A program made the position numbers and the translations under genes. Below the pieces are notes generated by a model that worked only from the letters and a program-made list of their open reading frames with translations, was not told the origin of the DNA and searched no databases. DNA of 26,902 bases from a virus. Lineage: Duplodnaviria; Caudoviricetes. Positions 18,583 to 25,810 of the stretch are shown one piece after another. The number at the start of each line of letters is the position of its first letter. Positions within the stretch are counted from its first letter, which is position 1. The stretch spans positions 1-26,902 of the IMG/VR virus record IMGVR_UViG_3300031786_000036. One strand, written 5' to 3'.

Positions 18583-18589
18583 TTATGAA
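18562..18589 (+). repeat. 28-bp imperfect direct repeat, copy 2 (end of paralog 3 and start of radical SAM gene)
   Basis: TATTATTTTAGAAAAAGTTAATTATGAA; 16 nt of it are also identical to 17835-17850. Confidence 0.8.
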
Positions 18590-19754
18590 TGACCTAAGTT
18601 GGAGTGCCTATGACTTCACACAAATTCCCTACAATGATATTGTTCGTGTTGGACAGCGTACAATGTTGTACAAAGACCTATTTACAGTTAGTTGGTTGTT
18701 GGGCAGATACTGCAATTACCGTTGTAGCTACTGTTGGCCATATGCACGAAGCGACAGCAAGGACCATAGACCAACTGAACTGTGTTTAAAGACAATAGAC
18801 GAAATCAAACGACAAGCTAGAGAACGTAATTTTAATAGTTTCCATTTTAGTCTTAGTGGAGGAGAGCCTACTTTCCATCCTGGTTACATTGACATCCTTA
18901 ATTACCTAAACGATGATGTAGATAACACAAACTATACTAGTGTGCATATGACTAGCAATATGAGTCGACCACTTAAATGGTTTGAAGAGAAGTATTGCCC
19001 TGCCGTTAGCAAGTTTCATCGTGCTAGTATTACAGCAAGTCTACATACTGAACATGTAGACACACCCGAAAAGATGCAAGAGTTTGCAAATAAATTAATT
19101 TTATGTCAACAGCATGATGTGCAGATAACCATTAACATGGTTATGGTTCCCAAATGGTTTGAACGTGATTTTGATAACGCATTGTTCTTTCACAATCAAG
19201 GTATCAACGTTACACTAAAGCCGCAGAGTGATCCTACTGCCAGTCGTGTTGTAGATGGATATACTGACGAAATGTTAAAGCGTCTGCACAACGGAATGCC
19301 ACAACGAGCATTTACTGAGACAAAATCCGCACTCGCCAAACTGGTAAAACGACCTGAACCTAAGTTTTTTAAAACTCCTGATCCTATATACCAAGAAGCA
19401 CAGAGTAAAGTACCACAACACTTTCAAGTAGAGTTTAGAGACAGTGAACACAAAATTTGGTATATAGATCAAGCAGAACGTTTTAATGCTTTTAATTTTA
19501 ACAAATTTAAAGATTGGGAATGTTCAAGTGGTTATAGAGGAATTATTATTCGTGAACCCGACGGCAGCATTAAACGTAGCTACAGTTGTGGAGATGCTCC
19601 TCTAGGAAACATTGAGACAGGATTTAAACTATTTGATGGTCCTAAACCCTGTATCAGCGAAAGCTGTGTTAGTAGTGCCGACAGTAAAATACCCAAGAGA
19701 GCGCCCGGAACAAAGTTACCTCTGTGGCCGGGCGATACAACTTTTGAAAATTAA
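18585..19754 (+). CDS. Radical SAM enzyme with C-terminal twitch/SPASM-like domain
   Basis: CNYRCSYC, LSGGEP, MTSN, ASLH; C-terminal WECSSG...DGSIKRSYSC...LGNI...PCISESC. Confidence 0.9.
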   Translation: MNDLSWSAYDFTQIPYNDIVRVGQRTMLYKDLFTVSWLLGRYCNYRCSYCWPYARSDSKDHRPTELCLKTIDEIKRQARERNFNSFHFSLSGGEPTFHPGYIDILNYLNDDVDNTNYTSVHMTSNMSRPLKWFEEKYCPAVSKFHRASITASLHTEHVDTPEKMQEFANKLILCQQHDVQITINMVMVPKWFERDFDNALFFHNQGINVTLKPQSDPTASRVVDGYTDEMLKRLHNGMPQRAFTETKSALAKLVKRPEPKFFKTPDPIYQEAQSKVPQHFQVEFRDSEHKIWYIDQAERFNAFNFNKFKDWECSSGYRGIIIREPDGSIKRSYSCGDAPLGNIETGFKLFDGPKPCISESCVSSADSKIPKRAPGTKLPLWPGDTTFEN

Positions 19755-20425
19755 CGATCTAACGGAAAAATTTCTGCAATAATTTTAGCACAAGCTAACG
19801 CAATTTCCATATGTTCTTTTTGTGTACCGTTTTCTTTACGTAGATCAATATAGTGTATCCAACTACGTAATGTACCATTCATATACATACGACTAATTGT
19901 AAGACCTTCTGGAAGAACAGCACGAGCCTGTTCTTTGGCAATACCATTCTTAATAGCCCAAGAATACTCTTGTTTAACTGAAAATAACACCCGCCGTTGT
20001 GCCCTTTCCCATTCAACAGCTAATAGTTTTTGTTTTTCATCATTCATGTCCAACTCAACACTATTTTGCCTATTCTTTGTATCTTGAAATCTTGCTTCGC
20101 GTAATACAAACGCTTCATCTAACTCTGCTGTAGGATCAGCGTAGCGTTGGCTAAACTCTTGGAAGCTAAAACTACGATGACGTAAAATTTGTCGAGCAAT
20201 GTCGCGTGTAGTTTTAATTTCAATACAGGCACTGACCATTTCAAGTGGCGACCAGTGTTGATGCTTAATCAAATACTTAATTAGTTTTTCACTAGTTTCT
20301 GTATTAAATTGATTAGCAGGATTACTAACTCTAGCACAGTATGCAACAAGGTCTAGTGCATCTGTAATATTCTGTTGGCGGAACTCATCTGTTGGTTGTG
20401 AGTATGATACAAGTTTAACTTTCAT
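19751..20425 (-). CDS. thyX: FAD-dependent thymidylate synthase
   Basis: HWSPLEM, the ThyX signature RHRSFSFQEFSQRY, EQARAVLP and TQKEH. Confidence 0.97.
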   Translation of the reverse strand: MKVKLVSYSQPTDEFRQQNITDALDLVAYCARVSNPANQFNTETSEKLIKYLIKHQHWSPLEMVSACIEIKTTRDIARQILRHRSFSFQEFSQRYADPTAELDEAFVLREARFQDTKNRQNSVELDMNDEKQKLLAVEWERAQRRVLFSVKQEYSWAIKNGIAKEQARAVLPEGLTISRMYMNGTLRSWIHYIDLRKENGTQKEHMEIALACAKIIAEIFPLDR

Positions 20426-20742
20426 CTAAGCTGTCTTTTCTTTAAAAATCTGTTTGTATGTTTAATCATGTCTTTTTTAACTCTTTCTGTATCTAATTTA
20501 AAATCGACATTGTCTATTTCGCTTTCGTATGAGGAAAGCATATCTTTGAGACTTGTTTCAAACGAGTCCCAATCACTTTGTGCCTGCTTTGCTCTCATAT
20601 TAATTTCCCACACTTTACCATTCTTGAATTTAATCGTAATGGAATCTAAGTATTTTAGTGGAACTACGTTTAGTGTAATTTCGCCAAATACTTCAGGCCA
20701 GTGTTCTACTACATCGGTGGGAAACTTCTTTCCCTTGTTCAC
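20422..20742 (-). CDS. Hypothetical protein
   Basis: 106 aa with a GTG start and 4-nt overlaps with both neighbours. Confidence 0.7.
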   Translation of the reverse strand: MNKGKKFPTDVVEHWPEVFGEITLNVVPLKYLDSITIKFKNGKVWEINMRAKQAQSDWDSFETSLKDMLSSYESEIDNVDFKLDTERVKKDMIKHTNRFLKKRQLR

Positions 20743-21401
20743 TCTTTAATTGCTGTTTTTTTCTTTGTAGGAGATAAATCTTCGGCCTTTCTACGCATTT
20801 CCGCAGCCTGCTTACTTAATTTATCAGCTTGACTACGATAGAATTTAGCGACATCATCTGGAGTACCAGACGGTACTGTTAGTACCTGTTCTGCGTCATT
20901 AACACTTGCACTAGTTGTTCTACCTTGATCAATTACTGGATCTGTGCTGATGTCTTTAGGACTAATATCTTTAGCAGTGGCAATTTCTTTAATTTCGCTT
21001 TTTGCGTTACCATCTGTAACAGCTAGATCTTGAACACTTATTCCTTGTTGTTCTGCAATCATTTGATTTAATTCAGATAACAAAATCGCCACAGAATTAT
21101 TTGGTAGCATTTCAACCATGTCAGTAGGAACTTTAACTAAGTTTCCTTTTGCATGGAGACTAGGCAACATTGTACTACCGTCGGAGAAAACAGCACGAGC
21201 TAGTACTTCAGCAAATTCATTTGCATTTTGTGCAGCCGGCGATTCGACTAGATTAATTAATGAATCATGATAGCTGTCTGACAAATTTTCTGTTTGTACA
21301 ATTAGACAATTGAATGCATCGTTAGGCAACGTTCTAAAAACCACAAGACATTTTCTGCCATTAGTTTTAATACGACCTACGTGTTTTAAATTTACAGCCA
21401 T
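20739..21401 (-). CDS. Hypothetical protein
   Basis: 220 aa with an AAGGAG RBS and a C-terminal charged, coiled-coil-like segment. Confidence 0.75.
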   Translation of the reverse strand: MAVNLKHVGRIKTNGRKCLVVFRTLPNDAFNCLIVQTENLSDSYHDSLINLVESPAAQNANEFAEVLARAVFSDGSTMLPSLHAKGNLVKVPTDMVEMLPNNSVAILLSELNQMIAEQQGISVQDLAVTDGNAKSEIKEIATAKDISPKDISTDPVIDQGRTTSASVNDAEQVLTVPSGTPDDVAKFYRSQADKLSKQAAEMRRKAEDLSPTKKKTAIKE

Positions 21402-21402
21402 A

Positions 21403-21636
21403 TTAGGCTCCTTGTTTTGTTTGTTTTGACACTGTTTCTAAAAATGAAAATAGCTTTTGATAAGTTTGTCCGACAGCTACCATTTCATTTGGTTTAAATG
21501 CACCCCGTGAACTAGCAATATCAATGATAGTTTTAAGAGCATTGAGGTCATTAACAGTTAAATCTGCAGATTCCTGTTGCTCGGGTGCAGGTGCAGGTTG
21601 TGCCGCTGGCATTGGTGTTTTAGTTTCTTCAGTCAT
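21403..21636 (-). CDS. Hypothetical protein
   Basis: 77 aa with a strong TAAGGAG RBS; Pro/Ala-rich N-terminus and a helical core (IIDIASSRGAFKPNE). Confidence 0.75.
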   Translation of the reverse strand: MTEETKTPMPAAQPAPAPEQQESADLTVNDLNALKTIIDIASSRGAFKPNEMVAVGQTYQKLFSFLETVSKQTKQGA

Positions 21637-21667
21637 ACGATCTCCTTAAATGATTATATATGTATAT

Positions 21668-21674
21668 TAATTAT
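21668..21674 (-). promoter_or_regulatory. Candidate late-promoter-like motif ATAATTA
   Basis: Lies in the intergenic gap upstream of 21636. Same heptamer as 3549-3555 (+) and one mismatch from ATAAATA at 25098-25104 (-). Confidence 0.3.
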
Positions 21675-21677
21675 CTA

Positions 21678-21956
21678 TTAGATTAAATGTGGGCATGCAA
21701 GTTTGAAGAAACTAAGTTCTTTTTCTTGCTCAAACCCTATCTTTGTAACATAGACTACAGTATTATCAACAAGGTCTACAGCTTGACCTATATAATATCT
21801 ACTATTTAAATTGGTGTAAATCCAAGAATCTATATTTTTATGAAATGTAGGAGTATATTTAGGCAACAACGTATAATGGAAATGAAACGCTGGAAATGAG
21901 ACCTTTCTCAAATCCAGCGCATTAAGGGGGTTAACCTTACCGGTTTTTAAACTCAT
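21678..21956 (-). CDS. Hypothetical protein
   Basis: 92 aa, coupled to the VWA gene by a TAATG overlap. Confidence 0.7.
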   Translation of the reverse strand: MSLKTGKVNPLNALDLRKVSFPAFHFHYTLLPKYTPTFHKNIDSWIYTNLNSRYYIGQAVDLVDNTVVYVTKIGFEQEKELSFFKLACPHLI

Positions 21957-23128
21957 TAATTCTTAAACTCGTAGTATGCGTGAGCACCAAACGGAGGTAC
22001 AACTGTATTGTTACCGTGTATTACAAAGAATGTGTCACAGTAGTTCTCATCGCCCCAAGAGCCATATGGGTATCCATCTGTAAACATGATAAACTTCTTA
22101 GGCATAATATCATGTTGTTTCATGTAGTCCCAGTTGGCATCAAATTCTGTACCACCGCCACCTTTAACTTCATATTCCATAATGTCTTCGCCGTAGCCGT
22201 CAAAGTCTTGTTCGTTGTAGACTTTAGTATCAAAACACCACAGTTTAATCTTGTACTCTTTGTACTCGTCCATAATGCCTTTAATTTCGCTAATAAAATC
22301 TTTAGCTTGGTCATCACCAATAGAGCCAGACATGTCAATGCCAATACAAATATCAATAGTCTCGTCGTAGTTAGTACCGGGCAAAATAGCAGTCATGTGC
22401 CAACCCTTACGGTTAGGACGCATAAAGGTATAATCGTTTTTAATAGTGCTTTGAATTTGTTGCCGGAGAATTTCACGCCAGTTCATCTTTGGCTCAGTAA
22501 GCTCTTTGATCATACGACCAATTTCTGCTGGTACATTTCCCGCACCCGCTGCCTGAGCCGCTGTCATCATAGCTTCTTTGATCTCATCACGGATCTGTTT
22601 GAGCTCTTCTTTAGAGTAAGCAGGCTGACCATTTTTGCCTTCTTTCTCCCAGTCAATGTGTTCGTCTAACAACTCGCCAAGTGCCGCTAATTCTTCATCA
22701 TCATACTGCTCATAGATCTCATCATAGATCTGTTCTGAGCTTTTGCCGTAGTGAGCAGTGTCGTGGAAGATTTTAATCTTAGGAGGAGCTTCACCAATAC
22801 GATCACGTGTCAATGTACCGTTAACTGAGTAGTCAGCGGCAATGTTCCATATCTTACGATCACGACCTTCTACACGGAGCATGTGCTCAAAAACGTTATG
22901 CAGAATTTCGTGTGCTACTACAAACTCAACTTGTTTAACAGATAAATCTGCAAAAAAGTCTTTATTGTAATATAAGTGACGTCCGTCTGTAGCGGCAGTA
23001 GCACACCACTCACTAGCGTCTTCAATTTTAAGACGTGTAGCCATATTGCCAAAAAACGGATGACGTAGTAGCAATCCAACACGAGCCACTACAATTTTAT
23101 CAACAATTGGGTCTAGATAATTTGACAT
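21956..23128 (-). CDS. HEXXH metallopeptidase-like plus VWA domain protein (DUF2201-type)
   Basis: TAATDG, AHEILH, WNIAADY, MIDAS IDMSGS, GGGGTEF, MFTDGY. Confidence 0.9.
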   Translation of the reverse strand: MSNYLDPIVDKIVVARVGLLLRHPFFGNMATRLKIEDASEWCATAATDGRHLYYNKDFFADLSVKQVEFVVAHEILHNVFEHMLRVEGRDRKIWNIAADYSVNGTLTRDRIGEAPPKIKIFHDTAHYGKSSEQIYDEIYEQYDDEELAALGELLDEHIDWEKEGKNGQPAYSKEELKQIRDEIKEAMMTAAQAAGAGNVPAEIGRMIKELTEPKMNWREILRQQIQSTIKNDYTFMRPNRKGWHMTAILPGTNYDETIDICIGIDMSGSIGDDQAKDFISEIKGIMDEYKEYKIKLWCFDTKVYNEQDFDGYGEDIMEYEVKGGGGTEFDANWDYMKQHDIMPKKFIMFTDGYPYGSWGDENYCDTFFVIHGNNTVVPPFGAHAYYEFKN

Positions 23129-23160
23129 TTTCTGCTCCTAAATATTTACTGTATGTATAT

Positions 23161-23189
23161 ATTATAACAGGACCCGCAGGTCCTGTCAA
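23161..23189 (-). promoter_or_regulatory. Consensus sigma70 promoter with palindromic spacer, upstream of the VWA gene
   Basis: Minus strand TTGACA-ggacctgcgggtcctgt (17 bp)-TATAAT with a TGn extended -10. Inverted repeat ACAGGACC/GGTCCTGT spans 23167-23186. Confidence 0.85.
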
Positions 23190-23206
23190 TTGACTTTGGC
23201 TACTAA

Positions 23207-24298
23207 TTAACGCTTTTCTGTAGCCGCCGCAATGTACTTACCATATTTGGCATGGAAGTCATCAAAACATTTGATCTCATCTGGATCCAACGGCAATTGG
23301 TATTGTGTAAGAGCAAGTTTGGTACCCATAACAACCAATTCAGTTTCAAAATTATCCATCATAAATTGGAAGAAGTAGTTAACCTTGTCGTTAAACTTCT
23401 TGTCGTTTTTGTCACTAGCATCTTTGAGCTCATAGCACAGAGACACAGTCAAAGAGTACATGGCACTGATTTCTTTAGTGTCCATTTTCTTAACTTTACC
23501 ATTTAAGATGTCTGTAGGATCAGGCAACTTTGAGCTAATCTTACGATGAGCCATAAATTTAACTGCAAGACCTTCACCAACCGCACCCGAGATCAAATCA
23601 GTCAATGTGTCTGTATCTTCCTCGTCATCAAACAACAACTCGGATACAAATGACCAGCTACGTGGTGTAGCAAAGGCACGTGATGCACTCTTAGGATCAA
23701 AGTCGTACAGGTCCTTTTTAGAGAAGGTTAAGAAGCCAACTACGTCTTTATGGATCTTATTGTCAACAGCCCAACCAAAGTAATCTTCCCAGTCAACCTT
23801 CATCTCCAAGTGAACGAAACGGTTAGCCAACGGAGCAGGCATACGATAAGTAACACCTTTGTCAGTTTCACGGTTACCTGCGGCAACAATATGTACGTTG
23901 TCTGGCAATTTGTAAGTACCAACACGGCGGTTCAAAACCAATTGATAAGCTGCCGCTTGTACAGCAGGTGCCGCCGAATTCATTTCATCCATGAACAAGA
24001 TGATCTTGTCATGTTGAGCAGCCATAGCCTCGTCGGGCAATTCTACAGGAGGAGCCCATTCCATCTTGTTAGATGTAGCATTAAAGAATGGAATACCTTT
24101 AATGTCTGTAGGATCCCACAGTGACAAACGAATGTCAATAACATGAGCGTTCAATTCTTCGCCCATCTGTTTAACAATATCGGATTTACCAATACCTGGA
24201 GGGCCCCACAAGAACAAAGGGCGATTAGCTTTAAAAGCACGACGCAGAGATTTCTTTGCGGATTTTGGGCCAACTGTACGAGAACTAATTTCGCTCAT
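23207..24298 (-). CDS. MoxR-like AAA+ ATPase
   Basis: Walker A GPPGIGKS, Walker B ILFMDE, sensor AAGNR, PLANRF arginine finger, TPRSW; adjacent to a VWA partner. Confidence 0.92.
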   Translation of the reverse strand: MSEISSRTVGPKSAKKSLRRAFKANRPLFLWGPPGIGKSDIVKQMGEELNAHVIDIRLSLWDPTDIKGIPFFNATSNKMEWAPPVELPDEAMAAQHDKIILFMDEMNSAAPAVQAAAYQLVLNRRVGTYKLPDNVHIVAAGNRETDKGVTYRMPAPLANRFVHLEMKVDWEDYFGWAVDNKIHKDVVGFLTFSKKDLYDFDPKSASRAFATPRSWSFVSELLFDDEEDTDTLTDLISGAVGEGLAVKFMAHRKISSKLPDPTDILNGKVKKMDTKEISAMYSLTVSLCYELKDASDKNDKKFNDKVNYFFQFMMDNFETELVVMGTKLALTQYQLPLDPDEIKCFDDFHAKYGKYIAAATEKR

Positions 24299-24346
24299 AT
24301 AAACTCCTAAGTTAAAAGCGGGTTAATGTTTGCTGTCTATGTATCT

Positions 24347-24375
24347 ATTATACAGGTAAACTGCTACCCCGTCAA
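24347..24375 (-). promoter_or_regulatory. Near-consensus sigma70 promoter upstream of the AAA+ ATPase
   Basis: Minus strand TTGACG-gggtagcagtttacctg (17 bp)-TATAAT, followed by a TTAGGAG RBS before ATG 24298. Confidence 0.8.
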
Positions 24376-24383
24376 CAGATTTT

Positions 24384-24791
24384 TTAGGAGTTTATGTCCG
24401 TTTGGCTATCTTTGTTTTGGTTATTCATTGCTTTGACTAACCCGTATTTTCGAATATCGTCCGAAAACATGTAAAGCTCAAATGATTTTCTTTCCGAAAA
24501 TACAGTAATACTTTGGTTTGTAAGGTAATATGGAAAATCCATAGTCCTATCAAAAAATATAATAGTTTGGGGACTTAGGTCGATTGGCTCTGTAAATGGA
24601 ATTTCGTAACTACGTAGTTCCAACTCGTTTACCAAATAATCAAACCCTTCTTCGCTTAGACGTAGTCCCCCTATGTCTTTGCTTCTATGACTTTGCCACC
24701 ATTTGTACATATGATGCTTCATATTGGCACTATCTGTACTTTTATCTTTTTGTTGCAAAAAGATTTTAGTGAAAGTTTCTTTTGATATCAT
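24384..24791 (-). CDS. Hypothetical protein
   Basis: 135 aa, ATGA-coupled to the upstream gene; contains WW...GGLRLSEEG. Confidence 0.7.
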   Translation of the reverse strand: MISKETFTKIFLQQKDKSTDSANMKHHMYKWWQSHRSKDIGGLRLSEEGFDYLVNELELRSYEIPFTEPIDLSPQTIIFFDRTMDFPYYLTNQSITVFSERKSFELYMFSDDIRKYGLVKAMNNQNKDSQTDINS

Positions 24792-25072
24792 TTAATAATT
24801 TCGCCACTGGTCAGCTTAACTACTTCAAATTCTTTGCAGTTAAACATTTGATTTAGTTTTTTAGCAAGATTATGGGCATGCCCTGGATTACTAAAACTAA
24901 CTTTTTTGTATTTAGGTCCAGGATAGCTAGTTACATTACTAGCAGATTTTAAGTTAAAAGGTTCGCCCTTATAGAATACTGCCCAAATGGCATCTGCCTC
25001 AAGAATCTGTTCGCTCTTGTAGGTTTTCTTATTAACGTATTCTAAAAGAACCTTAGGCTTGGGTCTACTCAT
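24788..25072 (-). CDS. Hypothetical basic protein
   Basis: 94 aa, MSRPKP...GPKYKKVSFSNPGHAHNLAKKLN, with an AGGA RBS. Confidence 0.75.
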   Translation of the reverse strand: MSRPKPKVLLEYVNKKTYKSEQILEADAIWAVFYKGEPFNLKSASNVTSYPGPKYKKVSFSNPGHAHNLAKKLNQMFNCKEFEVVKLTSGEIIK

Positions 25073-25104
25073 ATATGCGTCCTATTATGTACGCATATAT
25101 TTAT
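25071..25104 (-). promoter_or_regulatory. Start-codon-occluding hairpin overlapping a late-promoter-like ATAAATA
   Basis: Perfect 10-bp stem ATATATGCGT (25071-25080) / ACGCATATAT (25091-25100) with a 10-nt loop. Minus-strand ATAAATA at 25098-25104. Confidence 0.6.
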
Positions 25105-25107
25105 CAC

Positions 25108-25350
25108 TTAACTGTTAGAAAATCCGCCGCCATCCATACTTACACTAACACTTGCTCCAGTGTTAGATTCTAATTTTTTAAGTAGAATATCGTAATCTTG
25201 CAGTATTTTTGCATTTACTTCTGCTAGACTGTATGCAAGTGCCTTAGCAGTTTTAATATCCATTTTAATTTCACGCTGTTGAGACAGGTCGGCAGCTTTG
25301 ACCTGCTGTATAAACTGCTGTATAGGTATAGTATTAATCGGATTTGACAT
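25108..25350 (-). CDS. Hypothetical protein
   Basis: 80 aa, helical, ending in MDGGGF; overlaps the upstream gene. Confidence 0.65.
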   Translation of the reverse strand: MSNPINTIPIQQFIQQVKAADLSQQREIKMDIKTAKALAYSLAEVNAKILQDYDILLKKLESNTGASVSVSMDGGGFSNS

Positions 25351-25810
25351 TGCTCATGGCCTGTTTCATTTCAAGTTCGTTTCTAAACGGTCCTCGATAT
25401 TCATAACGCTCAACAGTAATTAATTTTGGACAGAACGATTTGACCCAACCTTTATCAAATTTAATTGTATAATAGCCTGCACAATATAAACTTTTACTAG
25501 CACTTGATTTAGTAAACAACGGAAGTTTTCTTTGCAAGTTGTACAATGGATTATATGGATGACAACTAGTAGGATAACCATAAACATCTCTTACTTCAGT
25601 ATGTACAATTTTATTTTTATCATTAACAAGAAAAAAGTCCTTGCCAAATTGTTTAGTTAGTTCGTCCTTTTTGCTAAAGTATGCTTCACCATCTTTTGAA
25701 CTAAGCATAAACTTGTTATTTTCTTTCTTGTGTAGAATACCAACTTTTTCGCCGTTTTTTTCTACAATCCAAAACTTGCCATCTACAATAGGTTTTGCTT
25801 TTAAATTCAT
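25334..25810 (-). CDS. Hypothetical protein
   Basis: 158 aa, ATGA-coupled to the exonuclease gene; contains YCAGYY...FCPKLIT...YRGPF. Confidence 0.75.
   Translation of the reverse strand: MNLKAKPIVDGKFWIVEKNGEKVGILHKKENNKFMLSSKDGEAYFSKKDELTKQFGKDFFLVNDKNKIVHTEVRDVYGYPTSCHPYNPLYNLQRKLPLFTKSSASKSLYCAGYYTIKFDKGWVKSFCPKLITVERYEYRGPFRNELEMKQAMSNVKSD

Noticed and set aside
8749-19754. Assigning radical SAM genes as queE, nrdG or moaA (7-deazaguanine, anaerobic RNR or Moco pathways)
   Set aside because: No partner genes (queC/queD/folE/dpdA, nrdD, moaC) are in the window, and the domain layouts differ.
21980-22669. 229 aa plus-strand ORF
   Set aside because: It is the antisense shadow of the VWA/metallopeptidase gene, with no motifs or RBS. 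The same applies to 23252..23506 and 23750..24124 opposite the ATPase.
23167-23186. Classical intrinsic terminator
   Set aside because: The stem is good but there is no U-tract on either strand, so it is reported as a promoter-embedded palindrome instead.
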